Source: Coraliomargarita sp.
GTDB taxonomy: Bacteria; Verrucomicrobiota; Verrucomicrobiia; Opitutales; Coraliomargaritaceae
Reading direction: 5' to 3'
Length of the DNA stretch: 64,000 nucleotides
NCBI GenBank assembly: GCA_965216325.1
Contig: OZ244160.1
Location: forward strand, 864,001 to 928,000
Shown: positions 31,719 to 41,759 of the stretch, piece by piece
Layout: every line of letters starts with the position of its first letter
How positions within the stretch are numbered: position 1 is the first letter of the stretch
Notes under the pieces: model-generated
Seen by the model: the letters and a program-made list of their open reading frames with translations, nothing else
Databases searched by the model: none
Told to the model about the DNA's origin: nothing
Translations under genes and position numbers: made by a program

Positions 31719-32489
31719 ATGTCTGATTATGATACACGGTTCAGCGCGCTTGGGCGCTTATATGGCACGGAGGGCTTAAGTCGCCTGAAGGGCGCGCATG
31801 TTGCTGTCATTGGGTTGGGCGGCGTTGGCTCATGGGTGGTCGAGGCTTTGGCTCGCTCGGGAATCGGCAAACTGACGCTGATCGACATGGATGAGGTGTG
31901 CCTGAGCAATGTGAATCGCCAAATCCATGCGGTGAATGCCACCGTTGGGCGCTCAAAGGCAGAAGTGCTCGCCGAGCGTATCGCGACAATCGCACCCGAG
32001 TGTGAGGTGATTGTGGAAGTCTGCTTTTTCACCGAGTCGACTGCGGAGCGTTTGTTAACGCCTGACTATGATATGATTGTGGATGCGATTGATGCGACGA
32101 AGCACAAGTGCTTGTTGATCGCAGAGGCGCGTCGCCGCGGCCTGAATCTGATTACTTGTGGCGGGGCCGGGGGGCGCATTGATCCGATCCGGGTGCAGAT
32201 CGCAGACCTCTCACGCACGATTAATGATCCGCTGCTGCTCCAAGTGCGCAAGCGCTTGCGTCGAGAGTATGATTTTCCGCGCAAATCGCGCCAGAAGTTC
32301 AAAATCGATTGCGTGTATACGGATGAGTTTCCGGTCTTCCCGCAGGAGGATGGTAGCGTGGCCTGTGAGCGTGAGGCAGGGGCTGATTATCGACTGAATT
32401 GTGACCAAGGCTTTGGCTCAGCGACCTTCGTGACCGGGACCATGGGCTTCGTGCTGGCAGCCGAAGTCGTGAGGAGAATCGCCCATTAG
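31719..32489 (+). CDS. tcdA: tRNA threonylcarbamoyladenosine dehydratase
   Basis: GLGGVGSW..EALARSG, SNVNRQ, GFGSATFVTG. Confidence 0.92.
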   Translation: MSDYDTRFSALGRLYGTEGLSRLKGAHVAVIGLGGVGSWVVEALARSGIGKLTLIDMDEVCLSNVNRQIHAVNATVGRSKAEVLAERIATIAPECEVIVEVCFFTESTAERLLTPDYDMIVDAIDATKHKCLLIAEARRRGLNLITCGGAGGRIDPIRVQIADLSRTINDPLLLQVRKRLRREYDFPRKSRQKFKIDCVYTDEFPVFPQEDGSVACEREAGADYRLNCDQGFGSATFVTGTMGFVLAAEVVRRIAH

Positions 32490-32568
32490 GCGTTAAAAAG
32501 TGTTAAAGTAGAAAATTTTCTATACGTAGACTTGTGTTAGTAAGTGTAAGCACTAAACACTATATATC

Positions 32569-32880
32569 GTGGCCGAACTCCTAAATAATCCTACATCTGT
32601 CATCTGGTCCCACAGTAATCGACAATCCGACTTCTACGAACTGCCCACCGATGGTGTCGAGATGCATGAGGCATTGGAGTGGTTGCTTCAGCACTACAAG
32701 GGGGTCAAACTATGGATGGGGGTGGAGACTGAAGAAGGTGCGGAACTCTATTTGACTTGTAGTCCATCATCAAGAGAGCAGGTCGTGAACAAGCTGCAAG
32801 TGTTCGATGATGAGCAGTCCTTGTTTGAGGCTGTTGCCGATTCTCCTACGATTGCCAAGTCGACTGCAGTCGGCGAGTAA
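32569..32880 (+). CDS. small acidic hypothetical protein
   Basis: GTG-start ORF filling the gap, preceded by AT-rich promoter-like DNA. Confidence 0.6.
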   Translation: MAELLNNPTSVIWSHSNRQSDFYELPTDGVEMHEALEWLLQHYKGVKLWMGVETEEGAELYLTCSPSSREQVVNKLQVFDDEQSLFEAVADSPTIAKSTAVGE

Positions 32881-32892
32881 TCGCGGTTTGGG

Positions 32893-33243
32893 CTAATTCC
32901 GAATATTGCGGCGTATTTCAGCCAACAGCTCTTGGGGCATGTTGTTCTTACTGATACGGAAGTTGGCACTGCGGGATTTTACGTGATAGCCAAGGTGGTC
33001 GACCCGTAGTTTTTGCAGGTCACTCCAGCGAACGAAGCGTTCCGGCTTCATCGCGCGCTTAATGCTTATGCCGGAGTCGTTCCAACTGATTTTGGTGCGA
33101 CCGAAGTCTGTGAGCGTAATCGTGATCGCGCAGAGCGCAAAGAAGCCGATCCCGTAGGCCATCGTGTGATTACCAACCTTTAGGTTGATGATCAGCATCA
33201 ACCCACCTAAGGCAGCATAGATGAGTGCACGTGCAAGTTTCAC
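32893..33243 (-). CDS. hypothetical membrane protein (2 TM plus PH-like domain)
   Basis: TTGA overlap with the pilT stop; two hydrophobic segments. Confidence 0.65.
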   Translation of the reverse strand: MKLARALIYAALGGLMLIINLKVGNHTMAYGIGFFALCAITITLTDFGRTKISWNDSGISIKRAMKPERFVRWSDLQKLRVDHLGYHVKSRSANFRISKNNMPQELLAEIRRNIRN

Positions 33244-34307
33244 TTTCGAGTGTGTTCGCTGCTGCTAAACTGCGCTTTATCGATCGCCTTCATGTAGGCT
33301 TCTTCTTGAGTGATCAGACCTTGTTCAAGCAGCTTACGAAGCGAGGCGTCCATAGAAATCATGCCCGATTCGCGGTTTTGATCGATAATATTGCGGATAT
33401 TTGCAAGCGAATGGCTGCGGATACAGTTGGGCAGTGAGCTATGTTGTAGCAAAATCTCATGCACTGCGATACGACCGCCGCCAACTTTTTGGCAGAGTAA
33501 TTGTGAGACGATGCCACGCAGGGACTCGGCGAGCATGATGCGTATTTGATTTTGCTCATCTGCCGGAAACGCATCGATAATGCGGTCAACCGTCTTGGTC
33601 GCATTGTTCGTGTGCAGTGTTGCAAAGACGAGCATGCCCATAGACGCACAGTTGAGCGCGAGTCGGATGGTTTCCATGTCGCGCAATTCACCAATAAGAA
33701 TGACATCAGGGTCTGCACGCATGGCACTTCTTAGGCCCTGAGCGAAGGAGTGTGTGTGTTCGGTGACTTCGCGGTGGATGACCGTGCTGTTCTTATCTGA
33801 GTGGCTAAATTCGACTGGATCTTCGATCGTGATGATCTGCTTGCTCTGGTGCTGATTGATGTGGTCGAGTGTGGCTGCAAGTGTTGTGGATTTTCCACTG
33901 CCGGTAGGTCCGGTGACCAAGACCAAGCCATCCCGATAGTTTGCGATTTGCTTTAAGCAGTCAGGCAAGCCAAGTTCTTCAATGCTGGCGATACGTGAGG
34001 GAATTTGCCGGAGCACGGTTGCGATGCCCCAGCTGTTTCTAAACAGATTCATGCGGAAGCGTGCGATACCGGGGATCTCGTGGGCGAGGTCCGCATCGCC
34101 GGATTGCGTGAAGCGTTCCCAGCGCTTTGGGGGAGTCACTTCTTTGAGCATCGACTCGAGTTGCTGGGCATCGATTGCTTGTTCGCTTAATGGGTGGATG
34201 ACGCCATCGACGCGAATCTTAGCCGGAGCTCCAACGCTTAGGTGGAGGTCGGAGCCACCACGTTCCAGCATTTCAGTTAACAATTTGTCCAATCCTCTCA
34301 TGTTCAA
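33240..34307 (-). CDS. pilT: PilT/PilU family type IV pilus retraction ATPase
   Basis: SDLHL, GPTGSGKST, TIEDPVE, DPDVILIGELRD, TLHT. Confidence 0.92.
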   Translation of the reverse strand: MNMRGLDKLLTEMLERGGSDLHLSVGAPAKIRVDGVIHPLSEQAIDAQQLESMLKEVTPPKRWERFTQSGDADLAHEIPGIARFRMNLFRNSWGIATVLRQIPSRIASIEELGLPDCLKQIANYRDGLVLVTGPTGSGKSTTLAATLDHINQHQSKQIITIEDPVEFSHSDKNSTVIHREVTEHTHSFAQGLRSAMRADPDVILIGELRDMETIRLALNCASMGMLVFATLHTNNATKTVDRIIDAFPADEQNQIRIMLAESLRGIVSQLLCQKVGGGRIAVHEILLQHSSLPNCIRSHSLANIRNIIDQNRESGMISMDASLRKLLEQGLITQEEAYMKAIDKAQFSSSEHTRK

Positions 34308-34316
34308 TGCCTTTGT

Positions 34317-35696
34317 TTAAGATGTCTCAGTGTCGTGGGTGCTCATATTCTGCTCAGCCACTGCTTGACTGATGCGGCCTTGTTCGAGCAGGGACTTAAC
34401 AGAGTCGTTCATGGTTAACATTCCGAAGCGTGTGCCTGTCTGCATGGCGTTCTCTAAGCCTGTATCTTTTGCGTCACGGATGATATTGGCGACCGCTGTG
34501 GTGTTTACCATGAGTTCGCATGCAAGTGCCACGTCATCATCGACGGACGGCATTAGCCGTTGGCAGAGGATGCCCCTGAGGGAGCCGGCAGTCATGGCAC
34601 GAATTTGATTTTGCTGGCTGGGCGGGAAGACGTCGAGCAGGCGATTCAGCGTGGAGGCAGCATCACGTGTGTGCATTGTCGCAATCACCAAGTGGCCTGT
34701 TTCTGCTGCGGTAATTGCCATTTCGATTGTTTCAAGGTCACGCATCTCACCAATCACGATAATATCGGGGTCCTCTCTGAGCGCCGACTTTAGAGCGGTG
34801 TGGAAGGACTTCGTGTGTTTACCTACCTGTCTTTGGCTGACGATGCAGTTGCTCGAATTCTGCATTACCTCGATTGGATCCTCTACCGTGATGATGTGAT
34901 CCCGGCGGGTTTGGTTGAGTTCGTTGATCAAGCTCGCGAGCGTAGTTGTTTTTCCACTACCGGTTGGGCCAGTTACTAGAATAATGCCGTTGTGATAGCT
35001 GAGTAGCTTTCGGATATTGTCAGCATTTGGAAAGCCTAGTTCTTCAAGGCTTTGGATACGGTCGGGGATGATACGATATGCGGCGGATATACCGTTCTTG
35101 TGCTCCAATAGATTGGCGCGAAAGCGCATGGTGCAGTCAGAATGCTCACAGCCGATGCTGAATGCGTAGTCTAGATCCCAGTTTTTTTCGAATTTTACAC
35201 GCTGTTCGTCGCTGAGTAGGAGCAGATTGATTCTGCGGGCGAGTGCATCCGGAAGTGGTTGCTCGCTGAGGTAAACAATTTTTCGGTGGTGACGGATGCG
35301 TGGACGTGCGCCTCCGGTTAGATGCAGGTCGCTGGCACCAATTTGCTGGCACTTAATGAATAGTTGTTCGACGGAATTACGTAAGTCATTGTCATCGAGT
35401 TGATCCAGACTTGCGAAGTCCGGGAACTCATTCGATGACGCACCTTCGTTCTTGGACGGGTCGACGCCGGGGAGCGGCGGTAAGTCAAAGCCCTCTCTGG
35501 CATTGGTAATGGCAGCGTCGACGGCGCTATTCAGGAACTCCGCATCTTGAACCCATCCGGAGTTGGTGAGTAATTGCGCACAACTATGGGCATCCATCGT
35601 CGGGTCGAGGTTCGAGGCCATGCCGCTGATTTGAGCATCGTTCAGCAGCTGATTTTCGTAACAAAAGTGGAGTAGCCAGTGGGTTTCCGAGCGCAT
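34317..35696 (-). CDS. pilT: PilT/PilU family ATPase with ~100-aa N-terminal extension
   Basis: SDLHL, GPTGSGKTT, LREDPD..GEMRD, AETGHL. Confidence 0.9.
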   Translation of the reverse strand: MRSETHWLLHFCYENQLLNDAQISGMASNLDPTMDAHSCAQLLTNSGWVQDAEFLNSAVDAAITNAREGFDLPPLPGVDPSKNEGASSNEFPDFASLDQLDDNDLRNSVEQLFIKCQQIGASDLHLTGGARPRIRHHRKIVYLSEQPLPDALARRINLLLLSDEQRVKFEKNWDLDYAFSIGCEHSDCTMRFRANLLEHKNGISAAYRIIPDRIQSLEELGFPNADNIRKLLSYHNGIILVTGPTGSGKTTTLASLINELNQTRRDHIITVEDPIEVMQNSSNCIVSQRQVGKHTKSFHTALKSALREDPDIIVIGEMRDLETIEMAITAAETGHLVIATMHTRDAASTLNRLLDVFPPSQQNQIRAMTAGSLRGILCQRLMPSVDDDVALACELMVNTTAVANIIRDAKDTGLENAMQTGTRFGMLTMNDSVKSLLEQGRISQAVAEQNMSTHDTETS

Positions 35697-35768
35697 AAGT
35701 CGTAGACGGTTGTAGACTGATATATGGGAATTGTGGGGTGGGGGGGACTTGGCGAAGCATCTAGGCTG

Positions 35769-36041
35769 CTAGTTGTTTAGCGTGCCGATGGCTATAATGC
35801 TTTCAGAAACCATCCAAGCGATGGCAAGGAAGATGGCCAGTGCGAGCACCCATTTAAAATAGATGGCATATTCGCGTAGACGACGTCTTCGAGGCTGGGC
35901 TCGCCCACGGACTGAATGTTGCGATAGATAGCTGCCAAAATTGCCGTGGAATTGACCTTCACCGCCGCGTTCAGATGGCAACCGCAGGGCTGCGGCTCGT
36001 TGTGCGCGATCGTAGCGCCATCTGAAGTAAAATTTAAGCAT
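35769..36041 (-). CDS. small basic hypothetical protein with C-terminal TM
   Basis: ORF fills the gap; Arg-rich segment then hydrophobic helix. Confidence 0.55.
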   Translation of the reverse strand: MLKFYFRWRYDRAQRAAALRLPSERGGEGQFHGNFGSYLSQHSVRGRAQPRRRRLREYAIYFKWVLALAIFLAIAWMVSESIIAIGTLNN

Positions 36042-36146
36042 TCGGTGGAATCGAAGATCGAAATACGGTTGGACTAAAGGTTGTCATCGCGACTTTGGTT
36101 GACCAACATTCCCGAACTTTGATCCGAATCAATTTTAAATTACCCA

Positions 36147-36926
36147 ATGGCTCGAATTTCTACACAATCTATCGCACGGCTTAAGGGAAACCGCCCAATT
36201 GTTGCGGTGACTGCATACGATGCGGTGATGACTCACTTCGCTGATGCCGCGGAAGTCGACCTGATTTTGGTCGGCGATTCGGTTGGCACCACGCAACTGG
36301 GTTTCGATACCACGGTACCAGTCACTATGGAAATGATGCTGCATCACACTGCGGCGGTGACCCGTGCGCAACCGAATGCGCTCGTGGTTGCGGATATTCC
36401 ATTTGCCACTGCGCACGATGACTTTTCCACGCTCTTAAATGCTTGCCGTCGCTTGATGCAAGAAGCGGGCGCAGAGGCGATCAAGATTGAGGGCGGTATT
36501 GCGCTCGCGCCTACGATTGAGCGCCTGACATCGGCGGGGATCCCCGTGCTGGGGCATATCGGTTTGTTGCCTCAACAGTTCCATCAACTGGGAGGCTATC
36601 GCAAGTTTGGTCGCAGTGACGATGAGAAGAATATTTTGCTAAAAGATGCACTGGCGCTACAGGAGGCTGGCTGTTTCTCAATTATTTGCGAAATGATCGA
36701 GGGCACGGTTGCAGGTGCAATCGCTGCTGAATTGCAGGTCCCGTTGATCGGTATTGGCAGTGGTCCGCATTGCGATGGGCAGATTTTGGTTTCAAATGAT
36801 CTGCTTGGTTTGAACTCGGGCTACATTCCATCCTTTGCCAAGCAATATGCTCAGATTGGTGAGCAAGTGCAGCAGGCTTTTGCCGACTACGCGGCTGAAG
36901 TGCGTAGCGGAAACTTTCCCTCATGA
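36147..36926 (+). CDS. panB: 3-methyl-2-oxobutanoate hydroxymethyltransferase
   Basis: [29 protein letters not shown]. Confidence 0.97.
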   Translation: MARISTQSIARLKGNRPIVAVTAYDAVMTHFADAAEVDLILVGDSVGTTQLGFDTTVPVTMEMMLHHTAAVTRAQPNALVVADIPFATAHDDFSTLLNACRRLMQEAGAEAIKIEGGIALAPTIERLTSAGIPVLGHIGLLPQQFHQLGGYRKFGRSDDEKNILLKDALALQEAGCFSIICEMIEGTVAGAIAAELQVPLIGIGSGPHCDGQILVSNDLLGLNSGYIPSFAKQYAQIGEQVQQAFADYAAEVRSGNFPS

Positions 36927-37921
36927 ATATTTGTATTTTAGGAGCGGGTGCTTGGGGCACCGCGATGGCACTTCACTTGGATCGCTGCGGACATGCGGTG
37001 ACATTAGTCCCACGCCGGTTCGAGCACGCGCTTGAGATCGCCTCGGCCCGTGAGAACCGCGACTACCTGCAGGGCTTTAAGTTGCCGCATACGATTCAGA
37101 TCGGCTGCGAGTTGGCGCCCGTGCTGATGGAGGCAGAGGTGGTCTTCCTCGCATGCCCATCGAAAGGGCTGCGTGATTTATGCCTGAATGTGGCCGATTC
37201 TCTGGAGGGTGCTTGGCAGTTGCGACTCTTCGTTGTGATGTGCAAAGGTTTAGAGTTGGAGAGCTTCAAGACGCCCAGCGAAGTGGTGCAGGAGTTTTTC
37301 CCGGATGTCGCCTGTGGCGTGCTATCGGGCCCGACCTTTGCCGGCGAAGTTGCCGAAGGTAAGCCGACTGCGGTTTCCTTGGCGATCGAGTCCAAGCTGG
37401 ATGATCCTGAGCGCTATCAGGAAGCCTTCAGCAATGCGTCCTTACGCGCGTATTTGACCAGCGATGTGAAGGGCACCGAACTCGGTGGCACGCTGAAGAA
37501 TGTGTATGCGATTGCCTCAGGTCTTTGCGATGGCCTGCAGCAGGGAGACAATGCGAAGTCTGCGCTGCTTACCCGCAGCCTGAGCGAAATGGTTCAGTTG
37601 GGGGTTCTACTTGGCGGGCAACAGTCGACTTTCTTCGGCCTGAGCGGCTTTGGTGATCTCGTTGCGACTTGCTCGGGAGCTTGGAGCCGTAACCGCACTT
37701 TTGGCCAGCACATTGGCGAGGGCCAAACACCGGCCGAAATCATTGAACGTCAAAAGACCGTTGTGGAGGGGTACCGTGCCACGCTGTGCTTGAAGCAGCT
37801 CTGTGACCAGCAGCAGATTGACGCGCCGATTCTCTCGCAAATTCATGCGATCCTTTACGAAGATAAAGAGCCAATGGCCGCGCTTCAGGCGCTGATGAGT
37901 CGCGAACTTAAAGCCGAGTAA
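36923..37921 (+). CDS. gpsA: NAD(P)H-dependent glycerol-3-phosphate dehydrogenase
   Basis: [31 protein letters not shown]. Confidence 0.97.
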   Translation: MNICILGAGAWGTAMALHLDRCGHAVTLVPRRFEHALEIASARENRDYLQGFKLPHTIQIGCELAPVLMEAEVVFLACPSKGLRDLCLNVADSLEGAWQLRLFVVMCKGLELESFKTPSEVVQEFFPDVACGVLSGPTFAGEVAEGKPTAVSLAIESKLDDPERYQEAFSNASLRAYLTSDVKGTELGGTLKNVYAIASGLCDGLQQGDNAKSALLTRSLSEMVQLGVLLGGQQSTFFGLSGFGDLVATCSGAWSRNRTFGQHIGEGQTPAEIIERQKTVVEGYRATLCLKQLCDQQQIDAPILSQIHAILYEDKEPMAALQALMSRELKAE

Positions 37922-37964
37922 GTTCGCACTTCCAATTTTCTACCTACTTCTTAGTTAGCTGACC

Positions 37965-38516
37965 ATGCCCGAAAATAAATACTGCAAAGTTGACCAGTCA
38001 CCGATCCACCAACGAGGCCTGTTTGCCAAGCGCGACATTAAAGAGGGCACCGATATCATCGAATACGTTGGTGAGAAAATCTCAAAAGAGGAGTCTACCC
38101 GCCGTGCATTGGCTTGGGAAGAAGAGGCCCGTAAGTCGGGCGACGGTCTGGTCTATATTTTCGAACTCGACGACGAGTGGGACATCGATGGCCGCGAGTA
38201 TGAGGATAATATCGCCAAGTATATGAACCATTCCTGTGATGGGAATTGTGAGGCAGTCAATTATGAAGCCGAGGGCGAGATCTGGATCACCGCACGTCGT
38301 GACATCAAGAAGGGTGAAGAGCTGGTCTACGATTACGGATATGATATGGAGCATTTCCTCGATCACCCTTGTGGTTGTGGCTCGGATAACTGCATCGGCT
38401 ACATCGTGCGTGAAGACCAGCGTGCCAAAGTGAAGAAGCTGCTGAAGAACAAGAAGAAGTCCAAGGGTAAGACCGCAAAGGACAGTAAGTCGTCGAAGAA
38501 GAAAAAGAAGAAGTAG
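37965..38516 (+). CDS. SET-domain protein-lysine methyltransferase with post-SET and Lys-rich tail
   Basis: [25 protein letters not shown]. Confidence 0.93.
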   Translation: MPENKYCKVDQSPIHQRGLFAKRDIKEGTDIIEYVGEKISKEESTRRALAWEEEARKSGDGLVYIFELDDEWDIDGREYEDNIAKYMNHSCDGNCEAVNYEAEGEIWITARRDIKKGEELVYDYGYDMEHFLDHPCGCGSDNCIGYIVREDQRAKVKKLLKNKKKSKGKTAKDSKSSKKKKKK

Positions 38517-38526
38517 GCTGTTTACC

Positions 38527-40170
38527 ATGACTGCTCCCACTAGACTTGATGTCGGCGAATCAGCGTTTCAGGAGCGTCCTGAGTTACAGAGTCATTTGGC
38601 GATCGAGAGCTTCGTTGCACTTGCACGTAAGCCGGGGCGTGTATTGGTGACGGATTGCACCCTACAGCGCCGAGAGATGAAGGCTGGCTTTTTGTTGGCA
38701 CTGGCGTGGATGCTGTCTCGCTTGATCTTGCAGAAGACCGAGAAGCAACGAGTGGGCATTGTGTTTCCTCCGGGGATCGGTGGTTACATTGCCAACCTCG
38801 CAGTCGTCCTCGCGGGCAAGGTGCCGGTTAATTTGAATTTTACGCTTGGCCGGGCCAGTGCGGAGGCGTGCTTGCGCAAGTCCGACATTGATTGCTTGCT
38901 GACCGCACAGGCGGTGAAAGCAAAGTTGCCGAATTTTCCATGGCCCGAGTCTGGCTTGATCGATGTTGTGCTTGAGTTGCAGGCCATTTCGAAGCCGAAG
39001 ACGATTGCGCTGCTTGTGGCAATCTACGCGCTGCCGGCTAAGTTGTTGGCCAAGTTACTCAAGGTTCCGAGCCAAGGTGATCGAACAGAAGCCGGTTTGC
39101 TCTTTACGAGTGGCAGCTCCGGCGAGCCCAAAGGGGTGGTGCTCACACACCGCAATATCTTGGGGAATTGCATGCAAATTGATGCCTCCGGCCTGTTGCC
39201 TGCCGATCAGAAGATCATCGCGAACCTCCCGATTTTCCATAGCTTCGGCTTCACGGTTACGCTCTGGTATCCACTGCTACGCGGCTGCGGAGTGGTCTCC
39301 CTTCCGTCGCCTTTGGAGGTTAAGAAGATCGCCGATACGATTGAAGCGGAAGGTGCCTCTGTCTTGGTAGGCACTCCAACCTTCTTTAAGCCCTATTTGA
39401 AGCGCATTGCGCCCGAGAAGTTGAAGAGCTTGCGCTATGTGATCGCTGGAGCAGAGAAGACCCCGGATGGCTTTGCAGATCATTGGGAGCAAACCTTTGG
39501 TAGCACTTATTTGGAGGGCTATGGACTCACTGAAACCTCCCCCGTGGTGAGTGTGAATCTTCCAACCGCACCTAAAGAAGGAGACTATCCCGGTGATCCC
39601 GATGTGGGGAATCGCCGTGGTTCAGTGGGACGTCTGATGCCTGGGCAGACGGCCCGTATTCTGAATCCGGATACACTCGAAGATTGGCCGATTGACGCAG
39701 TTGGGGTGTTGGCTGTCAAAGGGCCGAATGTTTTCGGCGGATATTTAGATGAACCCGAGCGCACGGCAGAGGTCATGGATGGTGAATGGTTCATTACCGG
39801 TGACTTGGCACGTATCGATGACGATGGCTTTATTTACATCGAGGGGCGCTTGTCACGTTTCTCCAAGATTGCTGGAGAGATGGTGCCGCACGGCACGGTT
39901 GAGGAGTGCTTGAATCGTGCTTTTAATCTACTGGATGCTGAAGTGCCGATGCTGGCTGTTGCCGGGCGTCCCGACGAGTCGAAGGGCGAGGCTCTGGTAT
40001 TGTTGACTGCGATTGATCTCGAATTGGATCAGGTGCGCGAGAAGCTGGCAGCCGAGGGCCTGAGCAATCTCTGGATTCCCAAAGAAATTAAACGCGTAGA
40101 AGCCATTCCGACGCTGGCGACTGGTAAGCTCGATCTAAGAGCGATTCAGGTTGCTGCGCTTGAGGGGTAA
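38527..40170 (+). CDS. AMP-binding acyl-ACP synthetase (Aas C-terminal-like)
   Basis: [38 protein letters not shown]. Confidence 0.9.
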   Translation: MTAPTRLDVGESAFQERPELQSHLAIESFVALARKPGRVLVTDCTLQRREMKAGFLLALAWMLSRLILQKTEKQRVGIVFPPGIGGYIANLAVVLAGKVPVNLNFTLGRASAEACLRKSDIDCLLTAQAVKAKLPNFPWPESGLIDVVLELQAISKPKTIALLVAIYALPAKLLAKLLKVPSQGDRTEAGLLFTSGSSGEPKGVVLTHRNILGNCMQIDASGLLPADQKIIANLPIFHSFGFTVTLWYPLLRGCGVVSLPSPLEVKKIADTIEAEGASVLVGTPTFFKPYLKRIAPEKLKSLRYVIAGAEKTPDGFADHWEQTFGSTYLEGYGLTETSPVVSVNLPTAPKEGDYPGDPDVGNRRGSVGRLMPGQTARILNPDTLEDWPIDAVGVLAVKGPNVFGGYLDEPERTAEVMDGEWFITGDLARIDDDGFIYIEGRLSRFSKIAGEMVPHGTVEECLNRAFNLLDAEVPMLAVAGRPDESKGEALVLLTAIDLELDQVREKLAAEGLSNLWIPKEIKRVEAIPTLATGKLDLRAIQVAALEG

Positions 40171-40227
40171 ATTCGTAGATGACATGGGCGTTTATCAGGA
40201 GCACGGAAGTGCTATGATGATAAACTT

Positions 40228-41316
40228 ATGCAAAACCCCACATCATCTACACGGACAACTAAGAACGCACTGGGCACAGTAATCAAGCTTGGCATTGACG
40301 TGCATGCGAGCACCTACGTGGTGGTCATGAAGATCGATAGCAGCGCCCCTTCACGCGCGAAGCGCATGAAGCCTGATATCTTCCTTCGATGGATTAAGCA
40401 GCTGAGCACTCAGTGCGAGCAGTTGCAAAGTTGCTACGAGGCCGGTCCTTTTGGTTACAGCCTGCACCGCAAGCTCAAGGCGATGGGCGTGAACAACCAC
40501 GTAATCCGCCCGATCAACTGGGACACTCATGGTAAGAAGGTAAAGACCGACGCGCGTGATGCGTTGCAAATGGTCTTGAGTCTGGACGGCTATCTGCGGG
40601 GCAATGACCGCAGCTTCAGTGTCGTGCGTGTGCCCAGCGAGCAAGAAGAGCGTCACCGCAGCCTAACCCGGCAGCGTGAAAGCTTCGTCAAAGAACGTGG
40701 CCGTGCGGCCAAGCGTGGTAAGAGTCTGGGACTGTATTACGATCAACCCTTACCCAGCGGCTGGTGGAAGCCGCGCAAATGGATGCAGCTACTCGAACAG
40801 CTCGACGATTTTTTGATCAGCCTGCTGGAGCCACTGCGGTTAAACTGCCTGCACTTTAGCGAGCTAATCAGCAACATCGAAGAACGTATCGAAGCGCTCG
40901 AGCCGGAACGGGTGCTGCCTAAAGGCATGGGGGTGGTCCTCTATGAACAGATCGAACGTGAGGTCTGCAACTGGAAGCGATTCAACAACCGCAAGGCGGT
41001 CAGTTCCTTTACCGGACTGTGCCCAAGCGAAGACACTAGTGCAAATCGGCGTTTCCAGGGCTCGATCAACAAACACGGCAGTCCCCGCCTGCGGCATATG
41101 CTACAAGAGTGCGCCTGGTTATTGATCCGGTGGAATCCCGGCTACAGTGGGGTGCGTAAATGGCAGGCCAAGCTCAGCGACGAGACCACCAGTAAGGCGA
41201 CCCGCAAGAAAATTGCCGTGGCCATCGCCCGGCAGTTCGCCGTGGACTGGTGGCGCATACGCACTGGCCAATGCAGTCTCGAAGACTTCGGACTGATAAG
41301 CAGACAAAACCCATAA
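40228..41316 (+). CDS. IS110 family DEDD recombinase/transposase
   Basis: LGIDVH, YEAG and KTDARDA (DEDD); GLCPSEDTSA (catalytic Ser region); AVAIARQ. Confidence 0.95.
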   Translation: MQNPTSSTRTTKNALGTVIKLGIDVHASTYVVVMKIDSSAPSRAKRMKPDIFLRWIKQLSTQCEQLQSCYEAGPFGYSLHRKLKAMGVNNHVIRPINWDTHGKKVKTDARDALQMVLSLDGYLRGNDRSFSVVRVPSEQEERHRSLTRQRESFVKERGRAAKRGKSLGLYYDQPLPSGWWKPRKWMQLLEQLDDFLISLLEPLRLNCLHFSELISNIEERIEALEPERVLPKGMGVVLYEQIEREVCNWKRFNNRKAVSSFTGLCPSEDTSANRRFQGSINKHGSPRLRHMLQECAWLLIRWNPGYSGVRKWQAKLSDETTSKATRKKIAVAIARQFAVDWWRIRTGQCSLEDFGLISRQNP

Positions 41317-41374
41317 GTCCGAACCAACGCTAAAGGCCTTCACCCTCTGATTTTAACGTTCTTTTGCAGTTTTC

Positions 41375-41540
41375 CTTTGTGCGGAGTGAGTCTGACCAAG
41401 CCCCTGTTGCCAACACAACGATTTTGTAGAATAGGCCACTTCGCCACCAAGCTTTTGAATGACCCAATGGATAGGTCATAGTGTGCTCTTCTGAGAAACA
41501 CTCAGAAACACGGATAGCAGGTTATCCCGGATCATCGAAA
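41375..41540 (+). ncRNA. putative bridge RNA (target-binding and donor-binding loops); transcript ends unknown
   Basis: Two stem/internal-loop/hairpin units (41381-41444, 41459-41535) whose loop strands match the target and the circle junction. Confidence 0.8.
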
Positions 41541-41759
41541 CTCCGAGGCCATGCGCGGTGGACGCTCAAAGACGATTGCAATCAAAACAAACCACTTATC
41601 TTATGTAAAAACACTCACACGCTTCTACACTCTTGACAGAAACGAACATAGCAGGGGCTTTGCTCGCCGTTTAGACAAGCTCAAGGCCCTGAGACTGTCG
41701 AGGGGCGGAGCCCTTCAATAGCATGTGCGCATCAGGTGCGGGTGGCGCAAGCACCACCC

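Larger units (their letters stand above)
40177..41654 (+). mobile_element. IS110 family, IS1111-type insertion sequence inserted in a REP
   Basis: AG core at both ends (40177-78, 41653-54); subterminal inverted repeats ATGGGCGTTT (40184-93) and AAACGAACAT (41640-49); short left end and ~335-nt right non-coding end; removal restores GTAGGGGCTTTGCT. Confidence 0.88.
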
